64,000 bases of DNA, from NCBI GenBank assembly GCA_963732385.1, contig CAVSZB010000007.1, positions 641,685-705,684 on the forward strand. The letters are read 5' to 3'. Below the pieces are notes generated by a model. That model did not search any database, was not told the DNA's origin, and worked only from the letters and a program-made list of their open reading frames with translations. Below are positions 9,829 to 19,009 of the stretch, one piece after another (the first letter of the stretch is position 1; every line of letters begins with the position of its first letter). Source of the stretch: an uncultured bacterium. Lineage in GTDB: Bacteria > Krumholzibacteriota > Krumholzibacteriia > LZORAL124-64-63. The position numbers and the translations under genes are program-made.

Positions 9829-10503
9829 TCACCGACCGTGGCGCGGGACGCCGGGCAATGACGGCAGGCGGGCCAGCATTTCGAGCAAACGGGTCTGCTC
9901 CGGCGCCTCCCATTCCCAGAGCGCGTGAAAAACCTGCCAGTGCTGCGGCAGCAGCACTCCGCCGGCCGAAAAGACCCGGAAGAAGCGACGGCGACGCTCG
10001 GCCAGCGAATAGCCGGGCAGGATGGCCCGTTTGAGCCGACCGTCGAGCGTCACGGCCCAGGCCTCCTGGAACGCCTCGGCCTCTGTCGGCGGCACCTCGG
10101 CCGGCGAGACGGTGCCGTCCCGCAGATCGCGAATCATGAGGAACTGGTGGTAGAGGATGCGTTCCGCCTTCCGGGGCGAAAAGGCCGCCGGATCGCACGA
10201 TTCCGCCACCGGCCCGGCGCGCAGCTCCCAGGCAAGCAACCCCCTCCCCTCAGCGGCGCCCGGCGCGTGATCGCGCAGGAAATGGTCGGGGTGGAACCAG
10301 AGCGCCATCCCGGGCAGCCGCCCCGGCGCGGAGGCGGAGGCAACCGTCGTCACCCAGATCCGTTCGTCAGCGGTGAGGTCGTCGAGCCACAGAGTGAGCG
10401 ACGCCAGGTATCTACCAAGGTCGAGCCGCGCGGCGGCGGTTGCGGCCAGAGGCCGCAGGACGGGAACGAGGGGGTGGTCTCCCGGCAACCAGTCCACGTG
10501 CAT
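9829..10503 (-). CDS. Hypothetical protein (224 aa)
   Basis: The ATG at 10503 is preceded by GGGGGAGGAG. It lies 30 nt downstream of the lyase gene on the same strand. I recognise no motif in it. Confidence 0.5.
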   Translation of the reverse strand: MHVDWLPGDHPLVPVLRPLAATAAARLDLGRYLASLTLWLDDLTADERIWVTTVASASAPGRLPGMALWFHPDHFLRDHAPGAAEGRGLLAWELRAGPVAESCDPAAFSPRKAERILYHQFLMIRDLRDGTVSPAEVPPTEAEAFQEAWAVTLDGRLKRAILPGYSLAERRRRFFRVFSAGGVLLPQHWQVFHALWEWEAPEQTRLLEMLARLPSLPGVPRHGR

Positions 10504-10532
10504 GGCAGCCACTCCTCCCCCCACGACGATCG

Positions 10533-11930
10533 TCAGGCGCCAAACAATTCCCCGCCGCCCAGCGGCCGCAGCCGGGCCCGGAAGTGGCGCAACACCTTCG
10601 GCGCCGATTCGATTTCCAGCCCCCGCAACCGCGACTTGTCCCGTGCGATCCGTCCGCACGCCTCCGCCACATAGGCCAGCTGCGCCAGGCTGTAGACCCG
10701 CCGGGGAATCGCCAGCCGCACCAGTTCCATCGCTGACGGCACGAAGGCGCCGCTGGCCGGATCATCGTGGCCGAACATCAGGCTGCCAATCTCCACGGCC
10801 CGGATGCCGGCTTCGAGATAGAGCGCGGCGGTGAGCGCCTGCCCCGGGAACTGTTCCGGCGGAATGTGAGGCAACAGCGCCTTCGCGTCCACATAGACCG
10901 CGTGTCCACCGACCGGCGTGAGAATCGGGACCCCCGCTTCCTGCAGCAAACCGCCCAGGTAGGCGACCTGCCCCACGCGGTAGCTGAGGTATTCGAGGTC
11001 GAGCACCTCGCGCAGCCCCTGGGCGATGGCCGCCAGGTCGCGCCCCGCCAGGCCGCCGTAGGTCGGGAAACCCTCGGTCAGGATGAGCAGGTTGGTGACC
11101 TGTTCGGCCCAGTCGTCGCGGTTGAGGCAGAGAAATCCGCCGATGTTGACCAGCGCATCCTTCTTGGCGCTCATCGTGCAGCCGTCTCCAAGCGCGAAGA
11201 TCTCGCGGGCGATCTCCGCGACCCCGCGATCTGCCTGGCCGGGCTCCCGCTGGTGGATGAAGTAGCAGTTTTCAGCGAACCGGCAGGCGTCGAAGATCAG
11301 CGGCACGCCACGGGCGCGACAGAACGCGGAAACCTCGCGGATGTTCGCCAGTGAGGCCGGCTGTCCGCCGCCACTGTTGTTGGTGATCGTCATCATGACC
11401 AGCGGGATCCGCGCCTGTCCGTACCGGTCGAAAGCCGCTTCCAGCTTCTGCAGCGACATGTTCCCCTTGAAGGGATGGTCACCGTCGGGACGAAGCCCCT
11501 CATCGATGACACAGTCGAGGGCGATCGCGCCGGTCGACTCGACGTTGGCCCGCGTGGTGTCGAAGTGCGTGTTGTTGGGCACCACGTCGCCCGGTTTCAG
11601 CGCCGTGGCGAAAAACAGGTCCTCGGCGGCCCGTCCCTGGTGGGTGGGGATGACGTGCCGGTAGCCGAAAATGCCACGAATGGTCGATTCGAAATCGTTG
11701 AAACTGCGACTGCAGGCGTAGGCCTCGTCGCCGGTCATCATCGCGGCCCACTGAGCATCGCTCATGGCCGAGGTGCCGCTGTCGGTGAGCAGGTCGATGT
11801 AGGTGGCGTCGGAGGGGATCCAGAACAGGTTGTAGCCGGCCTGTCTAAGCAGCGCGAGCCGTTCCTCGCGACTGATGAGCCGGATGCGCTCCACGACCTT
11901 GGTTCGGTAAGGCTCGAAAGGCCACTCCAT
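10533..11930 (-). CDS. Beta-eliminating lyase (tryptophanase / tyrosine phenol-lyase family, PLP-dependent)
   Basis: Motifs YIDLLTDSGT, PTHQGRAAE and the PLP-lysine region GDGCTMSAKKDALVNIGGFLC are present. So are FPTYGGLAGRD and GGHAVYVDA. AGGAGTGG precedes the ATG at 11930. Confidence 0.85.
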   Translation of the reverse strand: MEWPFEPYRTKVVERIRLISREERLALLRQAGYNLFWIPSDATYIDLLTDSGTSAMSDAQWAAMMTGDEAYACSRSFNDFESTIRGIFGYRHVIPTHQGRAAEDLFFATALKPGDVVPNNTHFDTTRANVESTGAIALDCVIDEGLRPDGDHPFKGNMSLQKLEAAFDRYGQARIPLVMMTITNNSGGGQPASLANIREVSAFCRARGVPLIFDACRFAENCYFIHQREPGQADRGVAEIAREIFALGDGCTMSAKKDALVNIGGFLCLNRDDWAEQVTNLLILTEGFPTYGGLAGRDLAAIAQGLREVLDLEYLSYRVGQVAYLGGLLQEAGVPILTPVGGHAVYVDAKALLPHIPPEQFPGQALTAALYLEAGIRAVEIGSLMFGHDDPASGAFVPSAMELVRLAIPRRVYSLAQLAYVAEACGRIARDKSRLRGLEIESAPKVLRHFRARLRPLGGGELFGA

Positions 11931-12033
11931 CGTTCCACTCCTCATGCGGCGCGGACAGTGTTATGCTGGCGGCGGCAAGATCGCCCCGCGGCGAAGGTAG
12001 CCCGCCGAACGCGGTCGAACAAGGGTCAAGACC

Positions 12034-12516
12034 ATGCCACGTCCGCCCCGCTGGCCCGGCTGGCGCGCCGCCTGGCGCACGCTCGCCGGAGGGGATCATT
12101 CGAACCGCAACCTGGCCGCCGCGCTCGCGCTGGGCGTGCTGGTGGCGCCCACGCCGGTGCTCGGCCTGCACACCTGGATGGCGATCGGACTCGCCTTCAC
12201 GTTCCGCGTCAACCGCCTCGCGGCGTTCGTCGGATCGAACGTCGCCAACCCTCTGACCATGATGCCGCTGGTCTGGCTCGACATCGAACTCGGGGCCCGT
12301 CTGCTCGGCCGCCCCGCCCCCGCCTGGCCCGGGCGTGCCGAAGTCTGGGCGCAGTTGGGATGTCTCTATCTGGAGGCCTGGGCCGGGGCGCTGGTCTTGG
12401 GAGCGGCGGGCGCCCTGGCGACCTACGTTCTGGCGCGTCTGTTGTTGCCGGGGTGGCGTCGACGCGCTCAGTCCGCGGCCGCAGCCTCGTCACCAGTCAG
12501 CGGAGACGATTCCTGA
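12034..12516 (+). CDS. DUF2062-like small membrane protein
   Basis: Hydrophobic segments and a conserved-looking LGLHTWMAIGLAFTFRVNRLAAFVGSNVANPLTMMPL core are present. It is 160 aa. Its 3' end overlaps the giant ORF convergently by 49 nt. Confidence 0.55.
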   Translation: MPRPPRWPGWRAAWRTLAGGDHSNRNLAAALALGVLVAPTPVLGLHTWMAIGLAFTFRVNRLAAFVGSNVANPLTMMPLVWLDIELGARLLGRPAPAWPGRAEVWAQLGCLYLEAWAGALVLGAAGALATYVLARLLLPGWRRRAQSAAAASSPVSGDDS

Positions 12517-15500
12517 TACAGCACCATCACGCGCTCGGTGGCGCGGGCGAACACCCGGTAGTGCCGCTGGCGGGACTCACTTCCGAGACAGAGATAGACC
12601 AGGGTGTCGGCGCCGGTGGCACCGCTCGTTTCCGGGGTCGCCAGGGTCACGACCGGCGCGTGGGGCGTCGCCGCGGGAACGGCGAGCCAGTCGGCCAGTT
12701 CCAGCCGCCAGGCTGCCCACAGCGGCCGCTTCACGAAGTGGCCAGGATTCTCGCCGCCGGCTTCGCGCACCAGCCGTTCCACCCGCCGCTGCACCTCGGG
12801 CCGGGCCAGCCACGGAGAGGCCCAGCCACTGCGGGAGACCCGTGCGTGGATCTCCGCGAGCGAGGCCTCTGCCAGCGACTCGGCCGCGGCGAGCCAACGG
12901 GCATAGGCCGCTGCGCCGGACGGATCGAGCAGCACCGGCAGGAGCGGCGTCCGGGCGCCGTCCGCCTTGCCGGCCTGCGCGGCGATATCGCTGACGACGG
13001 CGACGAATTCCAGCGTGCCGGGCAGCAGCAGCGAATCCAGTTCCCAGCGCAGAACCGGCAGCCAGCCCCGGCCGGCGAGCGAGCGCCCGATATAGAGCAG
13101 ATCATCCCGGGCCGTCGCCACGACGGCACTGCGACGGCCGAGCCGGCCGGAAGACTCTTCCGCCCCCAGGTGCGCCACCACTTCGTCCAGGCTCGCCGCG
13201 CCATGCGCCACCGCCTCCCCGCGCTCACGCCGCAAGGCACGACCGCGCGCCGGCCGACCGTCAGGTTCGGCCGCAAAGTGACGCGTTTCCTCCCACACCC
13301 GGCGCGTCTGCGCCCGCTGATCGACACAGTCCACGACCCGCTCCTGGGCAGGAGTGGTCAGGAACAGATGCTCCCAGGGGGCCTCGGCGGCGGCCGGATC
13401 GACCGTCACCAGCAGACGACCGCCGCGATAACGTTGCTGGACGGCGAAGCGGGTCTCGCGCGGCAGCGCCTCCGCATCGATCAGCAGCGCCGTCTCCCGC
13501 GCCGGGTCGCCCGGCAGATATCGACCGGTGAGGGGCGTGGCGCCGGCGGGCGGCGTGCCCTCGGGCGCGATGAAGAGTGCCGGCGCGACCGCCGCGTCGA
13601 CGTCGCGCCGCCAGGCCAGATGGACCCGCGCCGCCACCGCGGACGATGGACACCAGACACTCACCTCGCCGGGCCGCAGCGCGCCGGACGCCGCGGCGTC
13701 AGCCAGCCCGGCGGCCACGGCGGCCAGACGCCCGGTGCCGGCCGGTCCGCGCAGGACGAGCCATCCCGGCTCGGGGCCGGCGAGCAGGTGAGCCACTTTT
13801 GCGGCCGCCTCCGGCGCCGGCGCTCCGACCACGGGTCGCTGCTGCGGCGCCCGGCTCCGCGCCTCTGCCGGCGCGGTCCCGGCGCCCACGCCTGACTCCG
13901 CGCCGAGACGCGCCGCCTGGCCCGTGCGCCAGGCATCCCCATCGGTCAGCAACGCGACCGTGCGGGCGCGGGCCGCCGCCGGTGCGTCCGCCAGCCAGGC
14001 GAGCGCCGACGTGTCGAGCGCCTCTGCCAGCGGCGCGCCCTCGATCCACCAGGCTCCCAGCAGGCAGCCGACCATCGCCACTTCGGACGGCCAGGCCTCA
14101 CCCGGCGCGAGTGCCACTCGTGCTCCCCCGGAGTCACACACGGCCGTCGCCAGCAGGGCGGTCGCCGCGCCGGCGAACCGTTCCGCCTCCTGCGACAGTC
14201 GCTCGGCCACGGCGCGCGGCCGACCCAGCGTGCCAAGCAGCCTGCGGGAGGAGAACAACACCCCTTCGGGCGCGCGCCAGAGCAGCTCCTCCGTCCCGGT
14301 AGTCCCGCGGAACAGATCACCACCGCCACGCACCGACGCCGCGCTCCGCAGGCGGAGCGACATGGCGAGCAGGAACCGGTCAAGCCAGGCCAGATCTTCT
14401 TCCGTATCACCGTCCCCGCCGACTGCCAGATCGCAGACGACCGGCAAGCCCTCCACCGCCCCTTCGAGCCAGGCCGGCAACCGCACCGCGGCCAGGTCCG
14501 CGGCGCGCCCGAGGCGGTACTCCAACTCTGCGAGCGGCAGCGCCAGACGCAATATCGCGGGCTCGTCGGCGCGCCCGGAGTGCGCCGGTTCACAACCGGT
14601 TTCCAGCACGCTCAGCCAGGCCAGCGTGGAGAGCGACGCAACAACGGTCTCGGTCGGCAAGCCGGTCAGCGCCTCCACCACCGCCGCCGGCAGCGTGCCG
14701 CGACAGGTGCGCGCCCACCCGGGCAACTCGGAGCCTGTGCCGACGGGCACGAGCGCGAGCGACCGCTTCACCCGCTCCAGCGCCGGCGGCAACGCCGGAA
14801 CATCCAGATCATCGAGGTGGCTGGCCACGATCAGCGGGCGGCCGGAGCTCGACATCCCCTCTCCGACCCCGGTGCTCAGACCGAATCGGACAACCGACCC
14901 GTACGGCAGGTCCACCCCTTCGTCGTCCAGTTGCAGCACCCGCCACAGGCTTCCGTCCGGTCCGTTTGCTTCCAGCCGCCCGTTCGCTTCTCCGACAACA
15001 AACCCCATACAGGCAAGTTCTTCTTTTATAATGGAATAATCTGCTTTTCTCACATGACACACGAACTCGTGGTCGGGTGGCGCGCGGTGCCGCATGCCGT
15101 CCAGACGCGCCCTCAGAACGGCTCTTCGCCGCCCCTCACGCTGTGCGCTGCTCTGCCAGGTGGAGAGGTCGAGCCCGCAGGCTGCACAGGCCGGCCTTGC
15201 CCCCACCAGCGGCATCGCCCCGGCGCAGTCGGGACAGAGGGCCGACGCGCTCTCGCCCGGCCAGAACTCCTCGGCAGCATCGATCAACAACTCCGGATCT
15301 GCCATCTTCCCAACGGGCTGCGAATTTTCGGCGAGAAAGTGGGCGAACAGGCGGCGCCAGGGGCCGGCCAGACCGCCGAGACAGAAATCGGTGCGAGGCA
15401 GATCGCGGGCCAGGAACCGCAACGCCACCGCAGCCCCGAGCCGTGGTCGCGGTCCGCTCGGCAACCAGGCCTCCAGCCCGAGCACGAACGCCGCCAGCGG

Positions 15501-18500
15501 CGGCCGCGAAGCGATGGCGGCGCGCAACCCCGGATCGGCCAGCGTTTCCGGCGCGGCCCAGAGAACCGGTCCGAGCGGCGGACGGGGCGCGGTCGCGCCA
15601 TCCACTCCGGCGACCGTCGGCGCCGCCGTGGGAAAGACCGCCGCCAGAGCTCCCGCCCCCATCGGCGGCGCCGGCCCGACCGCGAGCAGCCATGCCCCGG
15701 TCTCGCCGCGCTCCCGCGCCGTCGCGACACTCCGCAGCCACGCCGTCCAGACCGCCGCGCCGTCGCCATCGAGCAGCCGGGCGCCGCGCGGCGACGGCTC
15801 CGACTCAGCCTCGCCCGATCCGGCCCACGGCGCCTCCGGGTCGGAAACGGCTCCCTCCTCTCGGCGCCAGGCCGCGACCACCTCCATACCCACCAACGGC
15901 ACCGCTCCGCGCCGGCGCAGGGAGCCGCGTCGGGTCTTCAGCCCCGGCTTCGCCTGCGGCAGATCGTAGCCGACGGCGCCCCCGGCAACGACCCTCGCCA
16001 GCACATCTTCCCCGCGCGCGGGCAGACCCGCGGCCCCGAAGCCGCCCGGCAGCGGAAAACGGCGGCACCAGCGCGGATCGGCCACATCGACAGACGCCGC
16101 ACCGCAGGCCAGCAGGGCGTTCACTTCGAGGCTGCAGAGTCGCCGCTCGTCCGTGAGGGCGACCGCCCGTTCACGATCGGCCAGCGCCCACGCGTCGGGC
16201 CGATCGGCGGCGGGCCTCACATGGTCGGCAACGCCCAGGCTGTCGAGCACCGGAACCACCAGACGCGCACCTGCCAGCGAGGCGGACGTTACCGCTTCGC
16301 TCCACAGTTCCGCGGGATCGAGACAGTCGGGCGGACCGCTGCCGGCCTCGAGGCTGAGTCGTCCGGCGGCGAACGCGCGCCACATTGCCACCGCCGCAGC
16401 CCCGTGCGCCGGCAGCGCCACCACCGGCCGCTCCCCGTCCGCCATCAGGCGCGTCACGTGCCCCAGTCCGCCTGCCCCTGCCTCGTCGGCCAGCACGCAG
16501 GCATCCGGCGCCACGCCTCCGCACGCCAGCGCCAGCGGGGCGTGCCCCCCTTCCCCGGCGAGGCTCGCCTCGACCGCGCCGTACGGCGCCAGCCACGCCG
16601 TCAACAGCGCCGCGAGATCGTCCCCCAGAAAACAGCCGTCGCGGACCAGCGAAAGATGCCGGTGTCCGCGTCGCGCCAGCTTCGCATGCAGTTCCTCCGG
16701 TCGGGCGAGTCCGGCGCGCCGGAGCTGCCAGTGGATCCGCGCGCTGTCCAGGAAGATCCAGGCCGCTTCTCCCCCCTCCCGCACCCCCCAGATCGTGTCG
16801 CGGATCGGATCGCGATCCCGCAGGCGAGAGGGAGGTCCCACGACCACGCACGATTGCCGCGCCCGCGCGGCGTATTCCCCGGCCCACGGGTCGTCGGCGC
16901 CCGCTTCGCCCGGGATCACGCGGGGCAACGAGTCGGCCAGTGCGGCGTGCCGATCCACGACCGGCAACACCCCGGTCGCCCGCGGACGGAGCCGGAGGTG
17001 ATCGAGAAGATCGCCGTTGTGGGACTCGCTCAACCGCAACCAGTGGAAAAGAGGCAGCAGATCAGGTTCCGCTGCCCGCGACGCCGCAGAGTCGGCCGCC
17101 GGCAGCGCCTCCAGCCAGGCCAGTGCCGCCCGCAGCGCATGCACCTCTCCCCCGGGGGGGATGAGCGTGATGCCGCGCCTTCCGGAGACCGCCGACGCCA
17201 GGTCGGCCAGGCGCGCGGCCTGGTCCAGAACCACCCGCCAGACAGCCTCATCCGCTCCCCAGGCGCGCAGCACGGCGAACGGACGGGGCGAGGCCAGCAG
17301 CAGGGCGGCGGCGGACGACAGCGCCGGCCGCCTCTCCACCACGTCCGCGGAAACCGCGCCCAACTCAGGATCGGGACGCTCGGCGAGCGGCGGCAGACGC
17401 CATTCGGCGCCGACCGCGACGTCATCCAGGGAGCCGCCCTGCCCCGCAGCCTGGAAGCGGGCCACGAACACCGCCGCCCGGTCGCCGCGGGAGCCGAGCC
17501 GCCGCACCCCCGCCCGGGTCCGCGGATCGAGCCCGCGCAACCGGGCAAGGCACGCCAGCCAGAGGAATCCGGCGTCGAGCGCAGCCGCCAGCTCCGGAGC
17601 CGCGGCCGAACGTGACGCGTCAGACACTTCACCGGCGGCGTCCGGGGGCGCGTCCCCAGCCGGCGGGGCCAGCAGCGGATGGCCGGTCTGCCGCTCCCAC
17701 GTCGCGCGCCAGGCGACCTCCTGCAATCGCCTGAGCCGGGTCGCAGCCTCCGGGGTCAGCCCATTCGCCGGCAGTTGCGATTCCAGCAGCGCGACCGCAA
17801 ACGGTCCCACCGGCTCGCCGGCGCAGTCATCCCCGAGTTCGCCCCAGAGTCCCCGCCGCCCTTCATCCCACCGGACCAGCCGCCCGCGGCAGGGGCGCAG
17901 GAGTCGAAGCAGGACCTCCGGATCGTCGCCTGCCCGCCAGAGGGCCACGTCACGCGGTTCGTCGTCGCGCCACAGCACGCAGGTCAGCCCCTGCGACGAC
18001 ATCGCCAAAGACGCCCACGCCTCGGCCGGGGAGTCGGCCGGGTTGCGTCGCTCCAGCGCGCGGCGGGCTGCGCCGAAACGTAGCGCGACCGCGCCGTCGG
18101 CGGGAGGACCGACCTCCAGCAGCGCACGCGCCTCGTCGTGCCGCGGGACCGGCAGGTGCTGCGCGTCCAGGTTCGCCAACAGTTCGATCAGGCGCACGCG
18201 CGCCGCCTCGGCACGCGACCGGAAGGGCTCGGGCAGGGCCAGACAGGCCCGGTAGAGCGGGATCGCCGCCGCCGCGTCGCCTGCGTGGGCGTCGGTCAGA
18301 CGGGCGACGCGCCAGATCCGTTCCGCGTGGAATGGTCCGGACTGCGAGAAATATGCCGCTTCGAGCAGGCGCAGCACCGCCTGCGCCAGCGCAATCCGGC
18401 CGGCCGGCGCAACGTTGCCGGCCGCGGCCAGAGCGTCCAGCCACCCCTCAACCTGGGCTCCCAACGCCACACGATCGGCTTCTGCCAGCGGCAGATCGGC

Positions 18501-18974
18501 ACGGATCAGCGCCGGATCGAAGGGGCGACCGGCGCGGCAGGCAGCGGCGATCGTCGCCGGCAGAAGACGCGCCGCAACCGCGCCATCGCACGGATGGAGC
18601 CGGCTGGCAGTGGTGAGACGCAGCGCCGTGGTCAGGAGCTCGAAATCCTCTGCCGGCGCCCCCGCCGGTCCGCCGGCCGGAAAAACGCCCTGGCTCAGAG
18701 CCGCGGCCACCGCGGCACCGGCCCGGTCCAGGTAGTCCGCGCGAAACGTCTCCGCCGCGGCGGGCCAGCGGCCGGACGAGTGCGCATCGGCCTCGGCGCG
18801 ACGCGCCCGTCCCCAAAGCCGGCGTGCGGCATCGGTGACCGTCTCCGAGAGGAAGACCCGGCCGGGCGAGCGCTCCCGCAGCTCGAGCGCCGTGGCAAAG
18901 GCCGCCTCGGCCTCGGCGAGAGCCCCCGCAGCGAGACGCTCACGGGCGGTCGCCAGCGCATCCCAGTAGCTCAT
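12468..18974 (-). CDS. Giant multidomain protein (2168 aa): low-complexity N-terminal 1200 aa, Cys4 zinc ribbon, C-terminal SF1-helicase-like domain with degenerate ATPase motifs
   Basis: The reading frame is uninterrupted for 6.5 kb. The ATG at 18974 (MSYWDAL) has GGAGGG 8 nt upstream and lies 35 nt downstream of leuS on the same strand. Motifs are CPDCAGAMPLVGARPACAACG, GPAGTGRL (Walker A-like), LLIDAEA (Walker B-like) and YRVFARATERVMVL (motif VI-like). Confidence 0.75.
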   Translation of the reverse strand: MSYWDALATARERLAAGALAEAEAAFATALELRERSPGRVFLSETVTDAARRLWGRARRAEADAHSSGRWPAAAETFRADYLDRAGAAVAAALSQGVFPAGGPAGAPAEDFELLTTALRLTTASRLHPCDGAVAARLLPATIAAACRAGRPFDPALIRADLPLAEADRVALGAQVEGWLDALAAAGNVAPAGRIALAQAVLRLLEAAYFSQSGPFHAERIWRVARLTDAHAGDAAAAIPLYRACLALPEPFRSRAEAARVRLIELLANLDAQHLPVPRHDEARALLEVGPPADGAVALRFGAARRALERRNPADSPAEAWASLAMSSQGLTCVLWRDDEPRDVALWRAGDDPEVLLRLLRPCRGRLVRWDEGRRGLWGELGDDCAGEPVGPFAVALLESQLPANGLTPEAATRLRRLQEVAWRATWERQTGHPLLAPPAGDAPPDAAGEVSDASRSAAAPELAAALDAGFLWLACLARLRGLDPRTRAGVRRLGSRGDRAAVFVARFQAAGQGGSLDDVAVGAEWRLPPLAERPDPELGAVSADVVERRPALSSAAALLLASPRPFAVLRAWGADEAVWRVVLDQAARLADLASAVSGRRGITLIPPGGEVHALRAALAWLEALPAADSAASRAAEPDLLPLFHWLRLSESHNGDLLDHLRLRPRATGVLPVVDRHAALADSLPRVIPGEAGADDPWAGEYAARARQSCVVVGPPSRLRDRDPIRDTIWGVREGGEAAWIFLDSARIHWQLRRAGLARPEELHAKLARRGHRHLSLVRDGCFLGDDLAALLTAWLAPYGAVEASLAGEGGHAPLALACGGVAPDACVLADEAGAGGLGHVTRLMADGERPVVALPAHGAAAVAMWRAFAAGRLSLEAGSGPPDCLDPAELWSEAVTSASLAGARLVVPVLDSLGVADHVRPAADRPDAWALADRERAVALTDERRLCSLEVNALLACGAASVDVADPRWCRRFPLPGGFGAAGLPARGEDVLARVVAGGAVGYDLPQAKPGLKTRRGSLRRRGAVPLVGMEVVAAWRREEGAVSDPEAPWAGSGEAESEPSPRGARLLDGDGAAVWTAWLRSVATARERGETGAWLLAVGPAPPMGAGALAAVFPTAAPTVAGVDGATAPRPPLGPVLWAAPETLADPGLRAAIASRPPLAAFVLGLEAWLPSGPRPRLGAAVALRFLARDLPRTDFCLGGLAGPWRRLFAHFLAENSQPVGKMADPELLIDAAEEFWPGESASALCPDCAGAMPLVGARPACAACGLDLSTWQSSAQREGRRRAVLRARLDGMRHRAPPDHEFVCHVRKADYSIIKEELACMGFVVGEANGRLEANGPDGSLWRVLQLDDEGVDLPYGSVVRFGLSTGVGEGMSSSGRPLIVASHLDDLDVPALPPALERVKRSLALVPVGTGSELPGWARTCRGTLPAAVVEALTGLPTETVVASLSTLAWLSVLETGCEPAHSGRADEPAILRLALPLAELEYRLGRAADLAAVRLPAWLEGAVEGLPVVCDLAVGGDGDTEEDLAWLDRFLLAMSLRLRSAASVRGGGDLFRGTTGTEELLWRAPEGVLFSSRRLLGTLGRPRAVAERLSQEAERFAGAATALLATAVCDSGGARVALAPGEAWPSEVAMVGCLLGAWWIEGAPLAEALDTSALAWLADAPAAARARTVALLTDGDAWRTGQAARLGAESGVGAGTAPAEARSRAPQQRPVVGAPAPEAAAKVAHLLAGPEPGWLVLRGPAGTGRLAAVAAGLADAAASGALRPGEVSVWCPSSAVAARVHLAWRRDVDAAVAPALFIAPEGTPPAGATPLTGRYLPGDPARETALLIDAEALPRETRFAVQQRYRGGRLLVTVDPAAAEAPWEHLFLTTPAQERVVDCVDQRAQTRRVWEETRHFAAEPDGRPARGRALRRERGEAVAHGAASLDEVVAHLGAEESSGRLGRRSAVVATARDDLLYIGRSLAGRGWLPVLRWELDSLLLPGTLEFVAVVSDIAAQAGKADGARTPLLPVLLDPSGAAAYARWLAAAESLAEASLAEIHARVSRSGWASPWLARPEVQRRVERLVREAGGENPGHFVKRPLWAAWRLELADWLAVPAATPHAPVVTLATPETSGATGADTLVYLCLGSESRQRHYRVFARATERVMVLYQESSPLTGDEAAAAD

Positions 18975-19009
18975 GTTGCCCGCCCTCCGTGGCGGGGTCG
19001 TCGCGCCGG

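Noticed and set aside
14580-17615. 1011-aa plus-strand ORF, with similar 800-aa ORFs at 11475..13895 and 15077..16156
   Set aside because: They are Arg/Pro/Gly-rich low-complexity translations that are antisense or alternate-frame to the giant gene. This is the typical high-GC shadow ORF pattern. There is no Shine-Dalgarno sequence and no recognisable motif.
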